Shown: positions 8,916 to 17,724 of the stretch, piece after piece
Numbering within the stretch: position 1 is the stretch's first letter
Layout: the number at the start of each line of letters is the position of its first letter
IMG/VR virus record: IMGVR_UViG_3300028802_000007
Span: 66,936-130,935 of that record
DNA from: a virus
Reading direction: 5' to 3' (one strand)
DNA: 64,000 nucleotides
Translations under genes and position numbers: made by a program
Notes under the pieces: generated by a model
Told to the model about the DNA's origin: nothing
Databases searched by the model: none
The model's input: only the letters and a program-made list of their open reading frames with translations

Positions 8916-10274
8916 TCAGTCAGTGTTCCCCGTCAGGACGGGCTCGATGGCGTCAGCCTTTGATGTCGGCTTGCCCTCACCCGCAGCGGGCTGCTGGTCG
9001 ATACCCGTGACTTCACGGGCGCTGGCGACCTCATCGATGGCGACCACACCAAGAGGCGTGTTCGCCATGAGGCGGTTGTAGGGGTTGTTGGGATCGATCG
9101 GATCTCCGAGCGGGAGACGGCCTTCGTCCAACCGCGCCTCGTTCACCGGCTTCCAAGGCATGCCTGCGAGCGCCAACTTGTTGATGTTGGCCTTTGACAT
9201 GGACTCCTTGATATTGAGCCGGGTGAAGCGGAACGCCAGGTTGTTGGCCGACCCTCCAAAGCTCTTGTCCCACACGATCTCACGCGTGAAGTAGTCCTGG
9301 ATGAGCGCGAGCAGGGGCCGGAGGCCCTGATCCTCGCTCATCTCCTGCTGGACTTCCCCGGTGGCACGGTTCACGTCGAACGTGACACCGATGTCCTGAG
9401 GGCTGATGAGGTACACCGCGCAGATCTTCCGCACGAGGTACTTCAGCCATTCGTCGTACTGCATATCGCGGTTCGACGGTCTGAATGGGATGAACTTCGC
9501 GCCCTTGGTGCCGCCCAGGAAGCCGAGTGCGCTGCGACCGGCGATTTCCGCCCGCCAGTAGGACTGGAAGGCCTCGACCTGGTCAGGCCGGGCTCCCTCG
9601 CCAAGATCGAACAGGCCGTCGGGAGCGGACTGCTCCACCTGACGGCGGTTGTACTGCGACCCTGTGACCTCTGCGTCGATGGTCATCTTGAGGGTCTCGA
9701 GCGGCGACAGGCCGAGCACCGAGTAGGTGCGCGGGTTCGCCATGATGTACATCATGTCGTCGTTCTTGAAGGCGATCTCCGTCTCCGGCACCGGCACCCA
9801 CCAGTAGCGCGTCTCGCCGGGGCTGCCGTCCCACCGTGCGTTGACCTTGATGCGGGCCCCGTCCACGGCGTGGAGGCCAGCAATCTGGCCGCCCAGGGTG
9901 CGTTCCTTCTCGATGACGCCTGCATCGAGCACGAGGATGTCCTCGATGATGGGCTCGACCCACGAGCGGAAGCTCTCGACCATCATGTTGGGCGAGATGA
10001 ACCGGTCGCGGATCTCCGCCTTGAGCGACTCGCTGACGTCCTCTTGGCCGTCGAACGGGACGATGTCCCACTCGGCGGAAGAGACCTGTGCCTTGCGGAT
10101 GCTGATGGCGGCCCGCACCCACTCTGAGTGCTCAGCCCAGTTGCGGAAGAGGGCGGACGTGGACTTCATGACCTTGCCGCGCTCTTGGAAGACGAAACCC
10201 CCGCCCGGCGAGGCAGGGATCGTCTTGGGGCTCGTCCTGTACGAGCGTGTGATGAGGTCGCTGATGACGCCCAT
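8916..10274 (-). CDS. phage portal protein (HK97-like)
   Basis: 452 aa; GLSPLE, DMQYDEW...ICAVYLISPQDIG, NEARLDEGRLPL; downstream of terminase. Confidence 0.9.
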   Translation of the reverse strand: MGVISDLITRSYRTSPKTIPASPGGGFVFQERGKVMKSTSALFRNWAEHSEWVRAAISIRKAQVSSAEWDIVPFDGQEDVSESLKAEIRDRFISPNMMVESFRSWVEPIIEDILVLDAGVIEKERTLGGQIAGLHAVDGARIKVNARWDGSPGETRYWWVPVPETEIAFKNDDMMYIMANPRTYSVLGLSPLETLKMTIDAEVTGSQYNRRQVEQSAPDGLFDLGEGARPDQVEAFQSYWRAEIAGRSALGFLGGTKGAKFIPFRPSNRDMQYDEWLKYLVRKICAVYLISPQDIGVTFDVNRATGEVQQEMSEDQGLRPLLALIQDYFTREIVWDKSFGGSANNLAFRFTRLNIKESMSKANINKLALAGMPWKPVNEARLDEGRLPLGDPIDPNNPYNRLMANTPLGVVAIDEVASAREVTGIDQQPAAGEGKPTSKADAIEPVLTGNTD

Positions 10275-10495
10275 TAGCCCAGCTTTCGGAAGTGCGCCGC
10301 GACGAAGTCCGCTCCAGCCTCGTTGAGGTGGTTGGCTTCCATCTGACGGTTCGCGGCGGTGATGGCCTCGTCGTATGTCATCGTGTGGGTCTCGATCTGG
10401 GCCATGATGTTGGCGAGGTACGCAGGCACGAGGCGCGTGCCGTCGCGGAACTCGACCTCGGTCTTCTGGCCCGGGAACACTAGGCCGTCTTCCAT
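10274..10495 (-). CDS. hypothetical protein
   Basis: Short ORF coupled between terL and portal. Confidence 0.55.
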   Translation of the reverse strand: MEDGLVFPGQKTEVEFRDGTRLVPAYLANIMAQIETHTMTYDEAITAANRQMEANHLNEAGADFVAAHFRKLG

Positions 10496-12006
10496 GACAC
10501 CTTCCCGGTCTTGTTCATGGAGCCGAAGAAGAAGCCCTCCGACGTGAGGTCCATCGAGTAGCCCAGAGCGTCCACGAAGTCGTCGTGGCCCTTGGGGAAC
10601 GACAGGAGCTCCGTCTCGAAGGCCGATCCGCGCAGGCTGATGTGGTGCTTGACCTTGTGGGCCTCGTACTTGGCCGCCACCCCTCGAGCTCGCGTCGTCT
10701 TCTCTCCGTCGGCCTTGCGTCCCTCAATCGGGATGTGCGGGTACTCCTCCATCGTGTTGTGGATGATGGTGCTCTGGGCCTGCACGCTCTCCACGATCAC
10801 CAGCCCGATGTTGGGGAAGGCCCGCCAGCCGTCGAGGATGAACTCGACGTGGTGGCTCTCGCGCTTGTCGCGGTAGGCTGACAGGACGTAGAAGAAGCCC
10901 CTGTTCGGGCAGCCGGCCTGGCAGGCGTCCTCGGCGGTCGTCGCCCGGGCTGTGAAGTCGGCCCGCTCGCGGGCGCTGAAGGCGAGGTCCACGCCCATGC
11001 GGAGGTTGTAGGTATGACCCTCTGGGAGCGTCTCAAAGTGCTCGAATGGGCCCTTGAAGATGTTGCCCTCGAGAAGCCCCGAGATGTCGTTCTGGTACGC
11101 GCACGAGAACAGCGCCGAACCCATCTCCTCGCGTTCACGAAGGAGGCGCTCGACCGGCCAGTACTCGGGCCAGTAGGACTTGAGGTCCCCCTTCTCGTCG
11201 GGCTGAAGCGCCGATACCACATGGCTCTCCCAGCCGAAACCGCCCTGAGCCGTCGGTGTGAAGAACTGCTCGTACAGGTCCGCTTCACCCCACCGCGTGC
11301 CGATGACGATGACCACCCCGTCAGGGGCTAGGCAGGGCTTGAGCGTCTTCTTGAACCAGGTCTCGACCGCCTCTCGCTGATCCACGGTCTGGGTGTTCTC
11401 CTCATCGAGGATGTCGTCCATCAGGATGATGTCGAAACGCTTGCTGATGATGGCCCCGCCCACGCCGACGGCGAAGCACGAGACGTCCTTGCTGCCGTGC
11501 CACCGGGAGCCTGAGCGCAGCCACTCCTTGTCGGTCCACTTACTGGCGGAGGGCCCGCACTCGGGGAAGATGTCCTTGTGGGCCGCGTTGGCCTCGTAGG
11601 TGTACTTGATGGCCCGGCTGAAGTCCTTGCCCTGCATGTCGGTGTTGGACACGAGGCCGACCCGCAGATCGGGGTACTTGGCGACCAGCCACGCCAAGAG
11701 GATGGTGTTGTTCCACGTCGTCTTGGCACCGCCTCGCGGCAGCAGCCACACGCCGTGGCTGCGGGCGTAGATGGCCTCGAGCGTCTGGCTGACCATCGCC
11801 CGGTGGTGGGCCGCCGGGAGGTAGCCGAAGACGGCCTCGCCATAGGCGAAGACCGCGTCTGGTCCGTCAGTTCGTGCGAGTTCTCTCAACGCGTGGGAGC
11901 GGAGAGCGTGCCACGTCTCCGGGGTCAGCTCCGCGCCCTCGAGAAGCTTCGACAAGGGCTCTGAGGAACTCGGGATCGTTTCCGGTAGAGGAGAGGCTGA
12001 TACCAA
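10480..12006 (-). CDS. terL: terminase large subunit (start uncertain, may be 20-40 codons downstream)
   Basis: LPRGGAKT Walker A, IILMDDI Walker B, IGTRW coupling motif, MGVDLA and HDDFVDALG nuclease motifs. Confidence 0.93.
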   Translation of the reverse strand: MVSASPLPETIPSSSEPLSKLLEGAELTPETWHALRSHALRELARTDGPDAVFAYGEAVFGYLPAAHHRAMVSQTLEAIYARSHGVWLLPRGGAKTTWNNTILLAWLVAKYPDLRVGLVSNTDMQGKDFSRAIKYTYEANAAHKDIFPECGPSASKWTDKEWLRSGSRWHGSKDVSCFAVGVGGAIISKRFDIILMDDILDEENTQTVDQREAVETWFKKTLKPCLAPDGVVIVIGTRWGEADLYEQFFTPTAQGGFGWESHVVSALQPDEKGDLKSYWPEYWPVERLLREREEMGSALFSCAYQNDISGLLEGNIFKGPFEHFETLPEGHTYNLRMGVDLAFSARERADFTARATTAEDACQAGCPNRGFFYVLSAYRDKRESHHVEFILDGWRAFPNIGLVIVESVQAQSTIIHNTMEEYPHIPIEGRKADGEKTTRARGVAAKYEAHKVKHHISLRGSAFETELLSFPKGHDDFVDALGYSMDLTSEGFFFGSMNKTGKVSWKTA

Positions 12007-12439
12007 GGTTTCGCTCCTCGGAGATGGTTGACGGCTTGCCGAAGAGGACCTGGAGACGGTCGATCAACTGCGCTACGTCTTGGGGTCGGATGACGACGAG
12101 CGGCTCTTCGACCCACTGGCCGTTGCGCTCGCGGGTGACGGTCCGCTTCATGTCGGAGCGCATCTTGCTGATGGCTTCATCGATGGCGTCGATGGCGTTG
12201 TCGCGGACCTTGACCTCTTTGGCGATCCGCCGGCCCTCGTCGTCAGCGAGGAGGGTCATGGCCTTTGACTGGGCGCGATCGCGGTAGTCCTCGCGCTTCT
12301 TGGCCCAGCCGCGCTTCTTGGACGCATCCATGATCATCGAGTGGGTGGACATGCCGTGGGAGTCCGCCAACTCGCGGAGGCTCATCTCACCCTGGATGTA
12401 TTCGAGCTCGAGAGCGTCGTAGTCCCACTTTCGGTTCAA
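11867..12439 (-). CDS. terS: terminase small subunit
   Basis: N-terminal HTH (WDYDALELEYIQGEMSLRELADSHG...KKRGWAKKR), directly upstream of terL. Confidence 0.75.
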   Translation of the reverse strand: MNRKWDYDALELEYIQGEMSLRELADSHGMSTHSMIMDASKKRGWAKKREDYRDRAQSKAMTLLADDEGRRIAKEVKVRDNAIDAIDEAISKMRSDMKRTVTRERNGQWVEEPLVVIRPQDVAQLIDRLQVLFGKPSTISEERNLGISLSSTGNDPEFLRALVEASRGRGADPGDVARSPLPRVERTRTN

Positions 12440-12771
12440 CGGATCTCCCTCGTCACCATGCCCGACGAACCGGGGATGGAGACCACGACTTCAACGATGC
12501 GGGGGTGCTCGAGGAGGAGGCGCTCGCAGATCCACGCCGCGATGCCGTCCAGACGCTCAGAGCCGCCATAGAGCATGTCCGACAGGGTATGGAGGTGCAG
12601 CGTGCGGGTGGTCGAGTACAGGTCGTCGTACAGCGTCAGGCATGGCCCGGCTAGGTCTGCGACCTCATCGACGGTGACGGTGAAGGTGTGGCCGTGGAGG
12701 TGCGGCCCCTCGCGCTCCGTGTCCCGGTGGGTGGAGTCGAAGGTGACCGTGGCGCGGGCGGTGGTGATCAA
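12436..12771 (-). CDS. QueD/6-pyruvoyl-tetrahydropterin synthase-like T-fold protein
   Basis: FDSTH...HLHGHTFTVTV...LHTLSD...IAAWICERL; TTG start after GAGGG. Confidence 0.7.
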   Translation of the reverse strand: MITTARATVTFDSTHRDTEREGPHLHGHTFTVTVDEVADLAGPCLTLYDDLYSTTRTLHLHTLSDMLYGGSERLDGIAAWICERLLLEHPRIVEVVVSIPGSSGMVTREIR

Positions 12772-12790
12772 GTTGCCCTCAGAACACACG

Positions 12791-12829
12791 AAAAAAGGGA
12801 CGGGCCGACCATTGCTGATCGACCCGTCC
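12791..12829 (-). terminator. intrinsic terminator
   Basis: Minus strand GGACGGGTCGATCA-GCAA-TGGTCGGCCCGTCC-CTTTTTT: 14-bp stem whose two G-U pairs form only on the minus strand, GNRA loop, U tract. Confidence 0.85.
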
Positions 12830-12912
12830 ATTCGGGAACCGGAACTCGCTGCGACCTGTCTGCTGGAGGTCAACCAAAAGAGCAGGGGGCGCGAGTCGGT
12901 AAGACCCTATTC
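12791..12912 (-). ncRNA. candidate trans-acting sRNA with an anti-RBS loop (UGGUUGACCUCC)
   Basis: Intergenic; long hairpin 12900-12838 with a 16-nt loop complementary to the GGAGGTCAACCA start motif, followed by the terminator; 5' end is a guess. Confidence 0.6.
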
Positions 12913-12953
12913 AGTTGTACCACGCGCACAGTACAGGGCGCGTGCTCTGTTTG

Positions 12954-13232
12954 CTAGGTGTCCCGGTCGTCTTCAGGGACGTTTGTGTCGATGAAGCGGT
13001 CGGTTTCGACGGAGTAGCGCCAGTCGATCGTGTACGCGGCAGGCGGCAGGAGGGTCACCGATCCGTCCGCCAAGACGACCACCGCCAAGAGTGTTTTGGC
13101 GGGTGGTCGCTTTTGACTATCGAACTGTTCGAGCGTGAAACCCAGAAGCATCCCGACCGGGTGGTCGGTTTCGACCGGATAGCGGTCGGGTCGGAGGGTC
13201 ACCCGGAGCGGTTCATCGAAGAGAGCTGTCAC
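12954..13232 (-). CDS. hypothetical protein
   Basis: Coupled ORF in the leftward block. Confidence 0.6.
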   Translation of the reverse strand: MTALFDEPLRVTLRPDRYPVETDHPVGMLLGFTLEQFDSQKRPPAKTLLAVVVLADGSVTLLPPAAYTIDWRYSVETDRFIDTNVPEDDRDT

Positions 13233-13600
13233 ATCTTCCCCTTGATGGTGAACGTGCCCTTGTCCACCTTGTAGACCTTGTTCTTGTTGCTGAAGGACGT
13301 CACGTCCATGAAGTCGCGCTCGAACTCGATGGACACGATCTTGTCGGTCGAGATGACCAGCACGTCACGATTGGGCATCTGGATCGTGATCAGCGTTGGC
13401 GGCTCGTTCACGCTGATAGGCGAGGACTCGAGCTCGATGTGCCGCTTTGGCTTCTGCGATGGCGCGAACGTCAGACTCGTCGGGGACGGCGAGATGCGGA
13501 GCGAGTCCCGCAGGGCGTTCGACTCTCGCGTCGTGAAGCCACGACCCTTTGAAGTCCGCCCAGATCTGGACTCCGCAGACTTGGCACTTCGAGGAGCCAT
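13229..13600 (-). CDS. hypothetical protein
   Basis: Coupled ORF. Confidence 0.5.
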   Translation of the reverse strand: MAPRSAKSAESRSGRTSKGRGFTTRESNALRDSLRISPSPTSLTFAPSQKPKRHIELESSPISVNEPPTLITIQMPNRDVLVISTDKIVSIEFERDFMDVTSFSNKNKVYKVDKGTFTIKGKM

Positions 13601-13603
13601 GGC

Positions 13604-13816
13604 TCACCTGATCCCCGCGCACCTGGCGCACAGCAGGGGGCTCTTGATGATGTCGCCCAGGCCGACGTAGTACAGGACCCGGCGGTTCTCGCAGGCGGAG
13701 CACTTCCCCCGGTGCTCCCTGTTGAGGCTGATGGACACGGTCATGGTCAGCGGCCCCCAGTTGGTGCTGACCGGCGACAGACCGGCGGGGACCTGGCCGG
13801 GCGCTCCGACAATCAC
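13604..13816 (-). CDS. small Zn-finger protein
   Basis: CSAC...CARC. Confidence 0.55.
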   Translation of the reverse strand: MIVGAPGQVPAGLSPVSTNWGPLTMTVSISLNREHRGKCSACENRRVLYYVGLGDIIKSPLLCARCAGIR

Positions 13817-14115
13817 GCCTTCACCCTCGTCTTGCTGCTCTTGCGCGGGGCGGGCTTGGGCACCGCCCGGACCGGGTTGTAGGGGATGGCTGCCGGAGCT
13901 CCGGTCGCGGTCGTGATTGTCGTAGTCCCACTGGTGAAGCTATGCGTCTGCTCCAGCGGGGTGGCTGACGTGAACTTGACCTGTGGTCCCGCGATCGCTT
14001 CGCGGGCCGCATGGGCCACGAACGACGACACGCTCATGCCGTGGTCGAGGCAGTAGTGACGAAGCGATTTCCAGTCCTCGTCGTCCAGGTAAAAACTATG
14101 CTGACGGACAGTCAC
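13813..14115 (-). CDS. ribbon-helix-helix-like DNA-binding protein
   Basis: RQHSFYLDDEDWKSLRHYCLDHGMSVSSFVAHAAREA fits the RHH pattern; RBS AAGGAGG. Confidence 0.65.
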   Translation of the reverse strand: MTVRQHSFYLDDEDWKSLRHYCLDHGMSVSSFVAHAAREAIAGPQVKFTSATPLEQTHSFTSGTTTITTATGAPAAIPYNPVRAVPKPAPRKSSKTRVKA

Positions 14116-14127
14116 AGGCCGTCCTCC

Positions 14128-14418
14128 TTATCTATCTTCTGCTTGGAACTGTTCGATGCCGCCGACTGGCGGCTCGTGCTTGTCGATGTGGGTGTGCTCC
14201 TCGAGCCGCTGCACGCGGCCCTCAAGGTCTGACGTGCGGCGATCTTCGTATTCGAGGGGGCCGATCCCACCGCCCAAGACGATGGCCTCAGGAGTCGCGC
14301 CCGGGTTCTTGGCCCACCACTCCTTCCAGTACTGGCCGATGGCGTCGAGCTGAGCTGGCGTGATGTCCGGGCCAGCGTCGAGAACGTAGCGGTCGTCGGT
14401 CAGGCGGATGAGCTTCAT
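14128..14418 (-). CDS. hypothetical protein
   Basis: Likely start MKLIRLTDD coupled to the upstream stop. Confidence 0.55.
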   Translation of the reverse strand: MKLIRLTDDRYVLDAGPDITPAQLDAIGQYWKEWWAKNPGATPEAIVLGGGIGPLEYEDRRTSDLEGRVQRLEEHTHIDKHEPPVGGIEQFQAEDR

Positions 14419-14629
14419 CACCACCCCCGCGACGGCGCGAGGAACGCGTCGTCCTTCATCTGCCAAGAACCGGTCCCACTCATGGCGAAGGCTTCGGCGT
14501 GCTTTTTGCACAGGTCGAAGTGGAGATTGGCCCCCGGGGCGTGCGGCTCCGTCAAGACCATGAAGTGATGGATCTGGAAGATGGCAGCGTCAACACAGCC
14601 CTCGACATCGCACACGAGGCTCTCGAGCT

Positions 14630-14803
14630 TCACGACGCGATCACCTGGTCGATGCTCTTGGTCACGCGCTCAAGGATGGGCAGCGGGTCGATGTCTGCCT
14701 GGAGCAGCCCGAAGCCATCGAGCAGGATGTCGGCCCGCACCGACGCCCTGACCTCCTCGAGGGCCTCGCGCCTGATCTCTTCCTTGGTCTGTCGCTTAGC
14801 CAC
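14630..14803 (-). CDS. hypothetical protein (57 aa)
   Basis: GTG start directly after AAGGAGGTCAACC; below the ORF-track cutoff. Confidence 0.6.
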   Translation of the reverse strand: MAKRQTKEEIRREALEEVRASVRADILLDGFGLLQADIDPLPILERVTKSIDQVIAS

Positions 14804-15140
14804 GGTTGACCTCCTTGAGCGAGTTGCGGACCTGTTCGGCTAGACCGCCGGGCTTATTGTTCTCGGTGAAGTGCCAGGCATCGACGATCGCCGGGTCCGC
14901 CTGGACCACGAAGTCGTAGAACCGCTGGTACTCAGAAGGAGTCGCGTCATGCGCCGTCGGATCGCTCTTGCCATCGCTCTTGGTCTGTCCCTCCTCGCCG
15001 CCCTCGCTCCTGTTGTCGAGGCTGGCAAGGTCTTTGGCGGAAAGGTGTTCTAGGCCCCTCTCAACGCGAAGCCGGTTCAGGGCGCGGGTGGCGGCGATGA
15101 ATGCCGCCTCCGCATCCTCCAAGTCGCGGTAGTAGCTCAC
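14796..15140 (-). CDS. hypothetical protein
   Basis: GTGA-coupled ORF. Confidence 0.55.
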   Translation of the reverse strand: MSYYRDLEDAEAAFIAATRALNRLRVERGLEHLSAKDLASLDNRSEGGEEGQTKSDGKSDPTAHDATPSEYQRFYDFVVQADPAIVDAWHFTENNKPGGLAEQVRNSLKEVNRG

Positions 15141-15364
15141 GACAGCACCTCCGTCTCCATCTCGTAGCCGCAGCGTCGGCAGGGCCACGCCAGCCACTCG
15201 TGGCTGTAGGTGTCGTCGTAGCTCTTGCCCGGACGCTCGCGGATGCTCGTCTGCTCGTGGTAGCGCGGCTCGCCGCCAATCTCAGTGCCGTACATCGTCC
15301 TGATGGCCTTGAAGGCGTTCGGCTGGCCGCACTTGGGACAATCAGCCGTCGGAGCCTCGATCAC
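15137..15364 (-). CDS. Zn-ribbon protein
   Basis: CPKCG...CRRCG. Confidence 0.6.
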   Translation of the reverse strand: MIEAPTADCPKCGQPNAFKAIRTMYGTEIGGEPRYHEQTSIRERPGKSYDDTYSHEWLAWPCRRCGYEMETEVLS

Positions 15365-15560
15365 GACAGCTCCCTGATGGCGGCCTCGATGACCGCGTCG
15401 ATGTCGGTGCAGAGCACGGCGTCTTCGCCAGCGGCTGGTATCACCGACGCGTTCCGCAGATCGACCTGGATGTCGCGCAACACGGCCATGACCACGTCGG
15501 GATAGGCCTCCTTGACGTAGTCCCGACGAACGCGCAGCTTCTCTGCCGCCGACGTCGGGC

Positions 15561-15986
15561 TCACGCGGGCACCCACAGCACTTCCGCCACGCGACGGCGC
15601 AGCCACTGGAGGTCGGTCTCGCGACCGGTGGACTCCTCCTTCTCGCGGACCTTGGTCGGGCCGATGGCCTTGACCGATCCGTCGGGCTTGTGGAGGTACG
15701 ACTGCTCGAGGGTGTAGCTCACGCCGCCACCCATGTCGAAGGTGTTGGTCGAGTTGATGATGTCGCCCGTGTAGGTCTGGGCGTTGCTGGTCACGACGTG
15801 CGAGCCCATGGCGCGATCGGGCATCAGCCACGAACGGTTGGCGTCACCGAAGGCGGTCACCTCGATGGCCCGGCCCTCCATCGGCGTATGGAGTTGGGTG
15901 GCGAGCTCGTGCTCGAGTTCACGCCCGCTCAACTTGCTGTACTGGCGACGCTGTTCGGGCGTCATGCCAACACCGTCCCCCTTCAT
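15561..15986 (-). CDS. hypothetical protein, C-terminus paralogous to 15983-16297
   Basis: Ends RETDLQWLRRRVAEVLWVPA. Confidence 0.65.
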   Translation of the reverse strand: MKGDGVGMTPEQRRQYSKLSGRELEHELATQLHTPMEGRAIEVTAFGDANRSWLMPDRAMGSHVVTSNAQTYTGDIINSTNTFDMGGGVSYTLEQSYLHKPDGSVKAIGPTKVREKEESTGRETDLQWLRRRVAEVLWVPA

Positions 15987-16297
15987 ACCGGCACCCAGCT
16001 CACTTCAGAGATGCGCCGCTTGAGCCATTGCATCTCGGTCTCGGGCCGCTCCTTCTTCACCTTGGCGGGTTTCGCCGGAGGGAAGTAGGGCGCGTCCATG
16101 AAGTAGGCGTCGCCGTATGAGGTCGGCCAGACGGTCACGGTGTTGCTGGCGGTGACGTAGCCGGTGGTGGTCGATGCGTTGGTGATGGTCCCCGTTTGGT
16201 AGATGGGCACGCCCAGGCTCCTCCGATACTCGTTGACGGTCATGTAGGTGCCCGGGACGAGGCGGTAGTCGTTCTCGTCCCGGTCACCCCATTCCAT
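15983..16297 (-). CDS. hypothetical protein, C-terminus paralogous to 15561-15986
   Basis: Ends RPETEMQWLKRRISEVSWVPV. Confidence 0.65.
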   Translation of the reverse strand: MEWGDRDENDYRLVPGTYMTVNEYRRSLGVPIYQTGTITNASTTTGYVTASNTVTVWPTSYGDAYFMDAPYFPPAKPAKVKKERPETEMQWLKRRISEVSWVPV

Positions 16298-16299
16298 CC

Positions 16300-16824
16300 C
16301 TAGACGGCGGTCTTGGACGACTTGGTGGTGGTCGTCCGGTCCGTGATCTGGCGATCGACGGTGACCGTCGGGAGGCGCTCGAGGATCTGGCCCATCAGGT
16401 CCTTGAGGTAGCCGACCTCCTGATTGAAGCGGGCCTCGCGGAAGTCCATCTCCTTCTTGAACGCCTCGCGCTCCGTGGCGAGGTTCTCGGTCTTGACCTC
16501 GAGGACGGCCTCCTTGCGGGCCTGCTCGATACCGGCGAGGGCCTGCTCAGCCTCGAACTCCTGACGCTTGCGCTCGAGGCCGACCATGTGGGTCACCTCG
16601 CGCTTCTCGCGTGCGTTCGTCTCGACGATCCGGTCCTTGTCGATGTTCAGCTTGGCGATCTGCTCGCGGAGGACGTTCGCCTCCGTGGTGAGCTCCGTCT
16701 CCTTGCCACGCGCCTTGAGCGTCGCCTCGAGCTTGGCGATCTGTGCCGTCAGGTCGAGGACGGTGTCGGTGAGCTGCGCCTCCAGCGCCTCGCGCTTACT
16801 CGGTGTGCGATCGAAGATGCCCAT
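16300..16824 (-). CDS. coiled-coil hypothetical protein
   Basis: GGAGGTCAACC-ATG start; long charged helical heptads. Confidence 0.75.
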   Translation of the reverse strand: MGIFDRTPSKREALEAQLTDTVLDLTAQIAKLEATLKARGKETELTTEANVLREQIAKLNIDKDRIVETNAREKREVTHMVGLERKRQEFEAEQALAGIEQARKEAVLEVKTENLATEREAFKKEMDFREARFNQEVGYLKDLMGQILERLPTVTVDRQITDRTTTTKSSKTAV

Positions 16825-17122
16825 GGTTGACCTCCCTTTCGGATGAGTCTGCCGCGACCGGCGGCCCGGGTTCTTGCCCTAGGTGATGAGCTTGGCGAGC
16901 AGGAGCACGCCGAAGCCGACGATGGCGGACCAGCCGACCATAGACTGGCCCTGGCTGCGGAACTCCTCGACAACGGCCAGGAAGACCGCCACGAGCAGGC
17001 CAAGGATCACGATGGTGTCGTTCACGGGAACCTCCAACTATTCGCCCCGCTCCCCCAAGCCATCTCGCTGACCAGGGCCGGCTAAGCGCGAGAGCCATGC
17101 CTTCGCCTCAGGGCGTCGTCGT

Positions 17123-17151
17123 AGCCTAGTACCACAGTGTCATGCGGTCAA
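17123..17151 (-). promoter_or_regulatory. sigma70-like promoter (leftward)
   Basis: TTGACC-N17-TAGGCT. Confidence 0.6.
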
Positions 17152-17603
17152 GACGGCTCTCCCGCCGTCTCGGTGTCAGGGGATCGGAGACGTTGCGCGG
17201 TGATGTGCATCTGGCCGATACGTTCCGCCGACAAGCCGCAGTCGGGGCATGTCTCGGTGTCAGGGGAGCGGAGGGCGGCGTACTCGCGGGCGAGCAGCGT
17301 GATACGCCCGTCGTTCGGCTCGATGGGTGCGAACGCCTTGCTCCATGCCCGGGCCAGCCGCTCCACATCGAGCGGTGCCGCTTCTGCTGCGACATGGTAC
17401 GAGAGTGAGTTTGTCAACCGCGTGACGTAGGGTGACCCGCCGGACGGTGCATCGAGCGGTGCCGCTTCTGCTGCTGCGAGGGCGGCACGGAGCAACCGCA
17501 GAACCTCGGAATGGTGGTACTGGCCGACCGACTCCCCGCGACCGATGGCCGACTCCACCGACATCAACAACGGCTCGAAGTGGTAGCGGTCCTCGGGCGT
17601 CAT
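17148..17603 (-). CDS. hypothetical protein with internal repeated modules
   Basis: AAEAAPLD x2, RSPDTE x2. Confidence 0.55.
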   Translation of the reverse strand: MTPEDRYHFEPLLMSVESAIGRGESVGQYHHSEVLRLLRAALAAAEAAPLDAPSGGSPYVTRLTNSLSYHVAAEAAPLDVERLARAWSKAFAPIEPNDGRITLLAREYAALRSPDTETCPDCGLSAERIGQMHITAQRLRSPDTETAGEPS

Positions 17604-17724
17604 CGCCAACCTCCGCGCAGCGTGCCGACGGCGACCCATTCGGGGCCAGCGCCGAGGTCCAGACGTACCCAGACGACCATGATTAGGTAGCCGGTGAGAT
17701 CGCGCCCCGGTCGTATCTCTGCTT

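Noticed and set aside
12791-12900. preQ1 riboswitch controlling the queD-like gene
   Set aside because: A GGTCGCAG stretch and a terminator are present, but I could not find the preQ1-I short P1 stem with its A-rich 3' tail. The loop is better explained as anti-RBS. An Rfam scan would settle it.
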